Below, in pieces: positions 42,401 through 51,800 of a stretch of 64,000 bases of DNA. The translations under genes were made by a program, and so were the position numbers. The stretch is from Antedon mediterranea (Eukaryota > Animalia > Echinodermata), in the NCBI RefSeq assembly GCF_964355755.1, contig NC_092672.1:32184437-32248436 (forward strand), given 5' to 3'. How positions within the stretch are numbered: the stretch's first letter is position 1; each line of letters opens with the position of its first letter. The notes beneath the pieces are model-generated. The model did not search any database. It saw nothing but the letters and a program-made list of their open reading frames with translations, and had not been told where the DNA came from.

Positions 42401-44265
42401 GCAGTTTGTTTCAGAGTTTTTGAAAAACTATATAGACATTCGTATGTTACCAACTGCAGGCTACATTAAGTATGAACAAAATTACACGGACGATGCGCCA
42501 GAATTAAAAAGTAGTTTGCGCATGTCTCAAAAAGTTCCCTTTATTATTGATTCGGTGTATAGCTTTGCACATGCCCTTCAAAACTTGATGAAAAAAGACA
42601 ATTTGACAGAACTTCCAGACTCGTTGCTACTGGATAGAAAATCACGTGACTTGTTTGCAGAAAGTATGAAGAAAATCTCATTCGAAGGTATAAAATACAT
42701 TTTATCTAAATCTAACCTTTCACGTGGTATTAATAAGTTATGGTTTGAAATCTAACTCGACAATAAAAACATGTTAATGTGTTTTTCTACTCTACTTTGC
42801 AGGTATGAGCGGAAACCTGGTTGAATTTAACAGAGGTGGAACCATACGCACTTCTAAATACAAAATACGTCAATTCCGGTTTAACGGAACACACAGATGG
42901 GTGGATGCAGGTATTTACACAAACAATACCTTGAAATTATTCGATAAAAATCTAAAATTTAAAACTTCCAATATTGCGTTTCCAAATTCTGTTTGCTCAG
43001 AATCTTGTGCAGCTAATTCAGAACTGATTCCTGACGACGAGAACAGTAAATGCTGTTGGGTTTGTCGAGAATGTGAAGTTCTTCAGTATTTGACACCTGG
43101 TCAGAGATGCAAAACATGTCCTCTCCTACAAAGACCGAATGCTAACCGAACTGGGTGTTACGATATTCCGATTGAGACTATGACGTTGTTTAATAAATGG
43201 GGAGCTGGGGTGTCGATCATGTCATTCATTGGTATGATACTTGTCATTGCAACTGCCGCCATTTTGATTAAGTATCGCGACACACCGATTGTGAAGGCGT
43301 CTGGGAAAGAGCTAAGCTATCTGTTGTTGTGGGGAATCTTTCTAGCGTATCTGAACGGTCTGATTGGGTCGAACAGACCGACAGCGGGGATTTGTACATT
43401 GATTCGTCTTGGGATTGGATCAAGTTACACGTTATGTTTTGCCGCACTTTTGATTAAGACAAATAGAATATCGCGTATTTTCAATCGCTCGCGTCGAGGC
43501 GCGATGAAAACTACGCACTGTATCAGCCCAGCTTCTCAGGTTGCTCTTTGTTTGATGCTATTTGGATTACAACTTGTTATTATTATAGGCTGGTTAATTT
43601 TGATACCGCCAGAAACAGTCTACCATCAACCTACAAAACTTCGATTACAGCTAGTTTGCGGCGTTTTAACTGATTCTTCTTTTATGATTGTGTTAATTTA
43701 CCCGGCGTTTCTACTCCTCGTTTGCGTTTTCTACGCGTTCAAAACAAGAAAATGTCCGTCAGGTTTCAACGAAACGAAATTTATTGGTTTTACTGCATAT
43801 ATTACATGCATTATCTGGTTGTCTTTTACGCCGGTGTATTTTATTACGCAGAGCATGCCGTTACGTCAAACGGCTCTCAACGTTGCGTTGACGTTAAGTG
43901 CAACTGTTGCGTTTATTTTTCTTTTTGCACCAAAAATGGTGATTATTTTATTCAAACCTGAGAAAAATACAAAAAGGAGCATTATGGGATCGTCGAATGG
44001 AGCACGCACTCGGACGTTCAAGGACATTGTGAAATCAGTCCAAGCTCAACGTAAGTACATTAGTATAATTGTTAGTACTGTACATGGAAAGGTGTGTCAT
44101 GCTCCGTCTAAGCATGTATAAATAACTAACTTATTTCTCCATGGTCTAAGATTGAAATTAATCTAGAGTCTAGGTTAGATAAGATCACAGCTCTGTTGAA
44201 TGTCTTGATTAATTTAATCTGTTTAAACGTTATTAAAAATGTTTCTGTAATTATCATGTATTTTA

Positions 44266-44296
<31 letters not shown>

Positions 44297-45316
44297 TATT
44301 TTATGTATATGACAACAAAGCACTCTTGGATACTGTTATCACTCATTTACATTATTCAATGCTGCACGATAGGGGGCGATATACTTTTTACTTTGTGGTT
44401 TTGTGAAACGAGTTGCTGGTAAAGCTTGGTTCCCACTTCTAGGACGCAACGCAAGGACATAGACGCAAAGCAAGCGATCAATGACAAGCGACTCTTCGAA
44501 TAATCCATCGGTTGTGATTGGTCACTTAAGCTTGGTTCCTACTAAGAAACGTAAGAACATTCCCTTCCAATAATTGTGTTTGCCCCGCTTGCTTGAAATC
44601 AAACCTGTGATGTTTGCAGAGGTTTACTGTTGCATCGTCGGTTTCCACTTGTGATTACGCAATACAGCACTTTGCGTTGATACGTCACTGCGTTATGTTG
44701 CGTTCTAATGGGAACCACGTTTTAAGCTAAGTTACGTCGTTGCGCTGCGTCTCTAGTGGGAACGAAGCTTAAAGAATAATGGATAGTGATTCCGTCCGTG
44801 TTTAAAAAATATATATTTATTCTTCAGATATGGGCGATAAAGCATCTGATATAGTGACAAATTGCAAGAAACCGTCACTAGCTATGGTTGTTTTAGCTGC
44901 CAAGAAACTTGAAAGTAAGTGTATTTTTGACGTCACTAGTAGAAACCCACTAGACATCGACAGCATCACTAAGATTGCCCACTTACAAACTAATTGCAAC
45001 CAGCTAGGCCCATGGGAGCGCAACCTGTATGAGATAACCTAGATGATGGTGATTGTACAGTACGGTAGCTACCAGTTCCAGATCCAGAACCATCCTTAAA
45101 AGATGTCCACGCGATAGCTACTCCGAATTAAACCGTTTTTTCATATTTGATTTCATTTCAGTGCAACGAGCAGCGGAGGCGACGACAGAGGGCAATAAAT
45201 CAAATCCGACAGAAGGGCAAGTTGTCGCAGAAGTTCACAGAGAGGATGATAGCGGCATAGATAACACAACCAATGACCAACACACGCCTATGCTCACTCA
45301 AACAGACGACGATTAG
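9168..45316 (+). CDS. Class C GPCR, metabotropic glutamate receptor-like (signal peptide, Venus flytrap, 9-Cys CRD, 7TM), 917 aa
   Basis: Exons 9168-9432, 34949-35154, 40406-40721, 42211-42687, 42803-44050, 44828-44914, 45162-45316 total 2754 nt with compatible phases. Motifs: LGGVFP, AMVYAVNKINEDRNLLPG, IYDSC, GVVGGSSS, SYWATS, FRTVPSD, CCWVC, TPIVKASGKELSY, KTNRISRIF, FNETKFIGFT, APKM. Confidence 0.93.
10962..11298 (-). mobile_element. LINE 3' fragment with (AAAAT)n tail
   Basis: Minus strand reads RVDCTKEG.FHRLPYTFNNL-like ORF2 C-terminus, ending in a simple-repeat tail. Confidence 0.5.
11301..11479 (+). mobile_element. MITE family A (~180 bp, PIF/Harbinger-like), copy 1
   Basis: TIR agc(g/t)tggttcccactag...ctagtgggaacca(c/a)gct; near-identical to three other copies in the window. 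Confidence 0.85.
14280..14407 (-). mobile_element. Helentron-associated HINE/DINE-1-like element; copies at ~26826-26922, 28351-28438, 49817-49903, 63280-63388
   Basis: T-run insertion site, subterminal IR agtcgcgtgc/gcacgcga, (GTCG/GTTG)n microsatellite, terminal hairpin gccat-gtat-atggc. Confidence 0.78.
14578..14758 (-). mobile_element. MITE family A copy 2, nested in the TIR of a family C MITE (~14562-14898)
   Basis: Reverse complement of copy 1; flanks taa/tta. Confidence 0.85.
15690..15838 (+). mobile_element. CR1/L2-type LINE 3' end; related copy at ~23387-23510 (-) and a similar tail at ~29200-29372
   Basis: Stem ggagagagg...cctctctcc followed by aataaa and a (TTGAA)n tail. Confidence 0.6.
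16060..16990 (-). mobile_element. 5'-truncated, degenerate CR1/L2-type LINE (RT C-terminus and 3' UTR)
   Basis: Minus strand reads WLKANKLLLNVSKSNYVVF...FLGVILNENLNWKHHI...LYNTLVLPHLQYGNLIWGNTY...LQKRAV, with stops and frameshifts. Confidence 0.82.
16999..17095. repeat. Tandem duplication, 2 x ~48 bp
   Basis: gtatctccatt.agatccagccactgatacc.acagcattgtcatttt occurs twice. Confidence 0.85.
18140..18960. repeat. Pyrimidine-rich 31-32-bp minisatellite (~25 copies)
   Basis: Unit tta(a)cgtcctctactttcttctcgtctctcttctc. Confidence 0.95.
19400..19830. repeat. ~110-bp tandem repeat, ~4 diverged copies
   Basis: gcagaaggaggtggcgaatcctg...tgtatcttga...gcctccaaattcagatacac recurs. Confidence 0.85.
20238..21304. 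mobile_element. 1.07-kb non-autonomous DNA transposon, Harbinger/Tourist-like TIR
   Basis: 41-bp perfect TIR ggccctgttcagacccatggcgttagaccgttttagcgtac; subterminal repeats; no transposase ORF. Confidence 0.85.
21596..21802 (+). mobile_element. MITE family B (same TIR as A, different core), nested in a family C remnant
   Basis: Core aagtgctgtattgcgtaatcaca...gcaaacatcgcag, also at 44529-44721 (-) and 63446-63639 (+). Confidence 0.8.
25029..25436. mobile_element. 408-bp non-autonomous DNA transposon, P-element-like ends
   Basis: 32-bp perfect TIR caaagaacttataacacaagaatctcctgttc; 7-bp TSD atgtttc. Confidence 0.8.
26527..26717. mobile_element. MITE
   Basis: TIR ctgttttcctgtcga / tcgacaggaaaacag, with internal atcgtt/aacgat repeats. 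Confidence 0.65.
30890..31175. mobile_element. TTAA-flanked MITE (Kolobok-like); related inverted degenerate copy at ~29732-30035 and fragment at ~23940-24030
   Basis: ttaa|agatgtattgtcccc ... ggggacaatatatct|ttaa. Confidence 0.75.
33323..33501 (+). mobile_element. MITE family A copy 3
   Basis: Same sequence; TTA target-site duplication on both sides. Confidence 0.88.
33717..33860 (+). mobile_element. MITE family C (other copies or fragments near 10753, 22675, 27450, 39165, 49050, 58718, 61888)
   Basis: Same TIR; core ttgaccaatgacaagcgacagttcgaataa.tcatcgcttgt.attggtcaa. Confidence 0.75.
34559..34847. repeat. Tandem duplication, 2 x ~150 bp, just upstream of mGluR-like exon 2
   Basis: attgagctacctgcagataatgagatt...ccgatgcgacaacacttttt occurs twice. 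Confidence 0.88.
34949..35154 (+). CDS. mGluR-like exon 2
   Basis: ttttag|ATACT gives (N)TEIYDSCD...GVVGGSSSSTSAQMASLFRIEKITQ; donor gtatga. Confidence 0.88.
35788..35848. mobile_element. 61-bp mini-MITE, MULE-like
   Basis: 13-bp TIR cggaagcccgttc; exact 10-bp TSD tagataagta. Confidence 0.78.
40406..40721 (+). CDS. mGluR-like exon 3
   Basis: actag|GTGAGC gives VSYWATSSEL...FRTVPSD...FNWNYLSVVY; donor G|gtattt. Confidence 0.9.
42211..42687 (+). CDS. mGluR-like exon 4
   Basis: tttcag|TTGTG gives VVIVFAQ...KVPFIIDSVYSFAHAL...ISFE; donor G|gtataa. Confidence 0.88.
42803..44050 (+). CDS. mGluR-like exon 5 (end of VFT, cysteine-rich domain, 7TM)
   Basis: ttgcag|GTATG; nine CRD cysteines and seven hydrophobic segments; donor C|gtaagt. 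Confidence 0.95.
44423..44769 (+). mobile_element. MITE family C with a family B copy (44529-44721) nested inside
   Basis: Outer element has TAA on both sides and inner element has TTA on both sides. Confidence 0.82.
44828..44914 (+). CDS. mGluR-like exon 6 (87-nt phase 1-1 tail exon)
   Basis: cttcag|ATATG ... GAAA|gtaagt; in frame with both neighbours. Confidence 0.7.
45162..45316 (+). CDS. mGluR-like terminal coding exon
   Basis: tttcag|TGCAA gives MQRAAEATT...TQTDDD then TAG. Confidence 0.7.
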
Positions 45317-45619
45317 AGATTATCGTCCAGGCGAAAATCTACATGCGTTTGAAAAGAGAGACAATAATGAGAGACATTAATTTTGATGAGAAGGTCATGG
45401 AAAACTAATTAATTTTTTTTTAAACCACTAAAAACCTGAGACCTGTAACCCTAGGTAGGGACCCTGACGGGTACTCTCCCTCCGGGTCAAGTCATAATAG
45501 TGTATGATACTAATTGTTATTTCAAGATATTAAATAAGCTATATTATATTTAAGCGATTATAATTTTAGACTAATTTAATTCTTCAGTCGAGTCCTGAAA
45601 GGGAGTCAGGGAGGCTCCA

Positions 45620-45905
45620 GGATGTTGGAGGGTGGGAAGCGATGGGAGGGCTTAGGTTGGGGGAAGAGTGGGAATCGATAGGGTTTAGGTTGGGGGAAGG
45701 TTGAGGAACGATGGGAAGGGTGGGAATCGATGGAAGGGCTTAGGTTGGGGAAGGGTGAGGAACGATGGGAAGGGTGGGAATCGATGGAAGGGCTTAGGTT
45801 GGGGGAAGGGTGGGGAACGATGGGAAGGGTGGGGAACGATGGGAAGGGTGGGGAACGATGGGAGGGCTTAGGTTGGGGGAAGGATGGGAATCGATAGGAA
45901 GGGTT
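45620..45905 (+). repeat. G-rich minisatellite with G-quadruplex potential
   Basis: Units ggcttaggttgggggaaggg and tggggaacgatgggaaggg. Confidence 0.85.
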
Positions 45906-46529
45906 AAAACCGTTTAAATTTAAGAACTATAAAATAGTGTAACATTCTTTTTAATAATTTAAGTGGTTCAAACAATACATCTTGAAATGATGTTTTGTAG
46001 CCTAATATCAGAATATTGTATTGTATATACTAGATAACGCCATCAATGGTTAGTTGATACCGTTTTGCTATGTAATGTCTTTAGAATCGTGTTTTCCCTC
46101 CATTCAGTTGCTGTACGCACAATTTGAGTAAGTAGACATGAAACTGATTTATAAAAATTGGTATTTAAAAGAGTGAAATTTATATGTGTAATATATTTAT
46201 ATTATGTATTACAATTTGTGCAATAAAATACATAAAGTCTGCATTTTCTGTACCTTGGAAGGGTTGTTTTAATCGTTTATTTCCGCCGGTGACATTTACC
46301 TCCATGTTTCAACACGCCTACATTTTATGCAAATTAAGACAACTTGTCACGTTTATTGTTGTATAATTATGTAAGATTCATTCGTCACTACGTAACACAC
46401 TTGTTGTTTTAAGTAATAAGGGGTATGATTTAACAGTACAATAACACATAAATGACGTTTGAGGTTTTACGTACATGCCGTGTTGCCATAATATGGTATA
46501 GAGCGACAATAGTGACAGGCGTCTTCTTT

Positions 46530-47400
46530 GTCATCAGTACCGTCATTTTCATCGTTATATTTATCGTTATCTTCACCGTCATTTTTATCGTTTTATTCAT
46601 CGTTATCCTCACCGTCATTTTCATCGTTATCTTCACCGTCATTTTCATCGTTACCTTCATCGTAATCTTCACCGTCATTTCATCGTTATCTTCAACGTCA
46701 TTTTCACCGTCAATATATTCACCGTTATTTTCACCGTCATTTTCATTGTTATTTCATCGTTATCTTCACCGTCATTTTCATCGTTATCGTTACCGTCATT
46801 TTCATCGTTATCTTCACCGTCATTTCCATCGTTATCTTTATCGTCATTTTCATTGTTATCGTTACCATCATTTTCATCGTTATCTTCACCGTCATTTTCA
46901 TCGTTATCTTCACCGTCATTTCCATCGTTATCTTCATCGTCATTTTCATCGTCATTTTCATCATTATCTTCACCGTCATTTTCATCGTTATCTTCACCAT
47001 CATTGTTATCGTTATCTACATCGTCATTTTCATCGTTATCGTCACCGTTATTATTTTGGTTGTCAGTATGTGAGTCATCGGTGGTGGTGTCGTCATTATC
47101 CATTAGTCAATACTGGCATTGGCGATGTCGTAATTAATTTATCAGTGGTCGTACGCGCTTCATATTCATTATAGTTGATGTCGTCATTTTTTTTGTAATT
47201 TTACATCATCTTGGTCATTCTCAGTCACTACTTTTATATTTTGTTATTGTCATGTCTGTTATCATCATCTTGGTTTTCGTCATCGTCATCATCTTAGTTA
47301 TCGTCATCATTATCATCATCTTGGTCATCGTCATTATCTTAGTTATCGTCATCATCTTTATTATCATCTTGTTGACTTTTATCGTCATATGTTGTACTGT
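46530..47400. repeat. 12/24-bp (ATC/GTC-type) degenerate repeat, reading Asp/Asn/Glu-rich on the minus strand
   Basis: Unit cgtcattttcatcgttatcttcac. Confidence 0.9.
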
Positions 47401-48797
47401 CACCATCTTGTTGTCTCATTACCACAATTGTTGCTGTTATTACAATTGTTTTACCACAGACTAAATTGACATATTTGAATGTAAATATTTATTAAAATGC
47501 CAAAGTACGAATATTAATTTTACATCATAATTGTGGTTACAAAATAACGTTACAAAAATGAGAGTTGGGCATCAGTGATGTTAGACATGGTGGCGCTGTT
47601 CACTTCATTAAAATAGTACATGACGGTACTGTGTATTATTCTACACACATCTAATGTACATTGTTGGATTATTTATTACTATACCTTCAAATTAGGACCA
47701 TAGTCGAAAGCTAAACCCGACTCCTCCCCCGCCCGATAGAGCCACGCCCATCTCGGATTATCTACGCTTTAGTAAACGTTGGAAAATAAACTACATTTTG
47801 ATTATTACAGCTGAGAGCAGCAAAATTCAAGCGCCCACACACAAACGTATGTTGGGGTTGTCTGTAAATATTGATTTAGTAAAATTGTATATAGGCCTAA
47901 TATAAAAGAAAGAAACTACAGAAGAACCCCTGTTTGTGACGCACGTATGACGGGGACACACTTTCTTCCTGTGAAACGAATAAAGCCACCTCTATTCAGA
48001 GCCAATCCTTATACATGGCACACGTGGTATATTAATGTACAGTTCGTTGGGTCCGAATGCGTCCCTAAATATAGTAAAGGTTCTACTGTGTTAAACTTTT
48101 GATAGAGTCGTCTCGTGGTTTCTAATTCCATAACCATCGATTAGGCCTAAAACTGACACTATCAAACTAGTTTTACAAAAAAAGTGTGATGTGCCCAAAT
48201 GTGGTGATTATATGCCTAAATACGGTAGTGATATGACATCCATTTATAAAGTTTGATAATGTAGACAGAGCTTAAGATAACCGAATATGAAAAAGTGCAG
48301 ATGCACACAAACTGTACAATAAATGACATACAAAATAACATTACTGGTTTCAAATAAATATACACATTCACCGACCAGACCACTATAATGCTAGTGGTGT
48401 AGGCTTACAACCCTGAATACAGAAAATACTTAATTAACTTATTCTACAATAAACGTTTGGTCCTTTGTTTTATATTCTCTACTCCTATATTGTTAAAATG
48501 TTCACTTGGTTATAAGCGTATACTATATATCCAAGATTCTCAATTGTACAAAATAACGGCTGTGTGGGGATAGTAGTATGTACAGAAATATACTTGTGCG
48601 AAATCGACAGGAATACGGTATCGTCACACCTCTGATGCGCCAATACGTAATCACGTGGTTTTCATGGCAAGATACGTGACCCGTGTTATAAGCACAAATG
48701 CGTGTGACGTGTATTTATTATATATTTGTGAGTTGTTTTTGTTGTTGTAAAAGATTAACGACAGTTAAATTCGTCTCGGATTTTGTGAAATACACTC

Positions 48798-48897
48798 TCA
48801 CCACACGGTGCACTTCTTCTTAGGGTTCATCGGACTTCCTAACTTGCAGTTGTATGCTTTTGAGAAAGCTTCTGAGTTAGAAACGCTTCCAATAACC
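48798..48897 (-). CDS. M13 peptidase terminal exon
   Basis: [33 protein letters not shown]. Confidence 0.95.
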
Positions 48898-51800
48898 CTG
48901 TGAAATAAAATTGTAACCATATATTACACCTGGCTCTGTCTACACTACAACTCGTTTGAAAAAAAAGGTGATATACCCAAATATGGTAGTGATATGTTCA
49001 TATTATAGGCACATCACATTTTTTCACATAAAGTTTGATAGTGTAGGTAGAGCTTGGTTTCCACTTGGACACAGAGCAACGATGTAGGCGCAACAGAAGT
49101 TAGTTGACCAATCACAAGCAACAGTTCGGATAATCCATCGCGTCGTGATTGGTTAAAATACGTTTGGTGCACCAAGTGGGATCCAAGGCTTTATAAAGCC
49201 AAATAATAGGGATGTTTCCCAAAGTATAAATTATCAAACTCTAGTGTAAACCAAGATTTAGTATTTTACCTGAAATCTGCATATGAGTGTTCTTCAACGC
49301 TTAGTTGGTGAATAATCTCTTCTCTCTTGGCTTTACTGCACCAAATCTTCGTAAAAAGAAAGGTTATTTAATGATGTTACCCATATACCTAGCTCACCAT
49401 CTATATGAAGTACAGTATAAATATGATTCGAGATTGTGTCGAATATTTACATTTTTTTTCAATAAAATAAATGTTTTTGTACACGTACAAAACGTACACA
49501 AAGTTGAATACTTACTTGTCCAAAATTTAGAAAGAATATCTGATCATGAGTCATATTTAACCCTGGCAAAAGATCTTCTTCTTGTCCATTTCTTTTTACC
49601 CAATTTCGGTAAGCCTGTAATAAAACACACATTACAGATATACCTTCATTAGAGGTACGTAGCTAGCCTATGTATTCACTTAGGGAACGTAGCAACGCAT
49701 TTTGTACGCGCGCGTTCAAACGCTGTTAGTAAGCTGTTGTACGCGCGCGGTAACGTTGATAATAATGCTACGCGCAGCTGCTAACAAAAGAGGAAGAGAA
49801 ACAGGTTTTCATATCAATTTTTAGTCTACAGCTCACTATGTCGGTCGGTTGGTCGGTAAACACTAACTTGAGCACGTGACTGCAGCCATGTATATGGCCT
49901 TGTTAAAGGTTATAAAGCTCCTGGTTCAACATTGCTTTTGTTTATTATATAATTATGCCTTTGATAAATATGAGTGAGGCAGAACGAGCGTCGCAAAATG
50001 AGCTTATTTTTGTGTCGGTATGATCAAGGAAGAGTGAATGTGAAAGAGTGAATGACAAACAATATAAATAAATGTTATTCAGGAGAGCCCTTAACCACGG
50101 AAGATTGTAATTTCACTTTTCCCTAGTTTAGTTTCTGGAAAATTCAAATCTTTTACCATATATGCTTCTTTTAAGCCGCCATTATCAGCCATGTTTTCCC
50201 CTAGTGTTTGCCGTCCGTCTACCTGTCAAATACCAAACGTATTGTATCATCAATGGTGAAATAATAGTCTATACTACAGTAGAACTCGGGGACACTTTCT
50301 GGATGGAAACGTGCCTTCTAAATAGGGGTTAGATGTTAGTGTTAAAACTGAATGTGGTGCCCTTCGTTCGTTTTTTATGGGTAAGTGTGCCATTACTTGG
50401 GATGGCATGTCCTTTCAATAGGTATGTCCGAAAGGAGGGTCGTGCCAAAGGTGGATGGGGCATCTCAAAGAAGGAGGGATGGGGTGTCCCAAAGGAGGGA
50501 TAAGGTGTCCCGAAGGAGGGATGAGGTGTCCCAAAGGAGGGATGAGGTGTCCCAAAGGAGGGATGAGGTGTCCCAAAGGAGGGATGGGGTGTCCCAAAAG
50601 AGGGATAAAGTGTCCCAAAGGAGGGATGAGGTGTCCCAAAGGAGGGATGAGGTGTCCCAAAGGAGGGATGAGGTGTCCCAAAGGAGGGATGGGGTGTTCC
50701 AAAGAAGGAGGAATAAGGTGTCCCAAAAGAGGGATGAGGTGTCCCAAAGGAGGGATGGGGTCTCCCAAAGAAAGGATGAGGTGTCCCAAATGAGGGATGG
50801 GGTGTCCCAAAGGAGGGATAAGGTGTCCCAAAGGAGGGATGGGGTGTCCCAAAGGAGGGATGAGGTGTCCCAAAGGACGGATGAGGTGTCCCAAAGGAGG
50901 GATAAGGTGTCCCAAAGGAAGGATGGGGTGTCCCAGAAGAGGGATGGGGTGTCCCAAAGGAGGGATGAGGTGTCCCAAAAAAGGGATGAGGTTTCCAAAA
51001 TTACACGCACCGTCGTCAACAGTCACGACGGACCAGTACTTACGTTTTTATTGACCTCTTTTACCGTATAGTTATTATATTGATCTACAAAGCACTCGGA
51101 CTTTTTAAGGTAAGCATCTATTGATGAGTTAGACCACCACGCCTGAAGATTACCGTCCTGATTAAACAGCCTGCCTGTAACAAAAGGAAAGAACCAATAA
51201 AATGATGTATGTAATGCTTTTATTTTACTAATTCCTCCATAATTTGTTTGGTGTATTTCTAAAACTAAACTAAAACCCAACAACTTTTGTAGCAAATTTG
51301 TTTAAGGACTTAGGCCTATTTTACAACTGGCAGTTGTGAATTCTTTTTAAAAATCTTTCCACCAATCACGTACCTTTATCATCATATCCGTGCGTTAGCT
51401 CGTGCCCAATCACTACGCCAATTCCTCCATAATTCATTGACCTGTGTATGAATGACACAAACTTGGTTGGATATCGAAATCTGATTATCCTGTATACTAT
51501 ATATACTCATTATTATTATAATATTATTAGACACTTAAAAGATGTATTGTCCCTTTGACCAATTCTAAAAAAATATTTTGAAAAAAGTGGTTCGGTTTGA
51601 AGTATCATAATAGTTATTAACTTTCACCAAAAATTAGTCGAAAAAAAATCCATTAACTGAAATACAGACGGTTTTTTGTTCAAAAAATAACTTTGACTTC
51701 CAGTCGAAGTTTTCGATCAAAACATATCTCATAATGCAACGCGCTTGTTTGGCTACTCTGTATGCATATTCATAAAACTTCCTCGCAATCTGTGTGAAAA

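Noticed and set aside
46452-47174. 240-aa His/Arg-rich and hydrophobic plus-strand ORF
   Set aside because: Alternative frame of the 12/24-bp repeat; composition switches at indels and there is no domain
50385-51071. Multiple 85-228-aa ORFs on both strands (SQRRDEV, GHLIPPL, RCPKGGM repeats)
   Set aside because: Artefacts of a stop-free 21-bp minisatellite inside a peptidase intron
51230-51245. Second 'NYGGI'-encoding 15-mer (aattcctccataatt) in the intron after the HExxH exon
   Set aside because: Only 15 nt, with no HExxH or splice context; chance or tiny duplication, not an alternative exon
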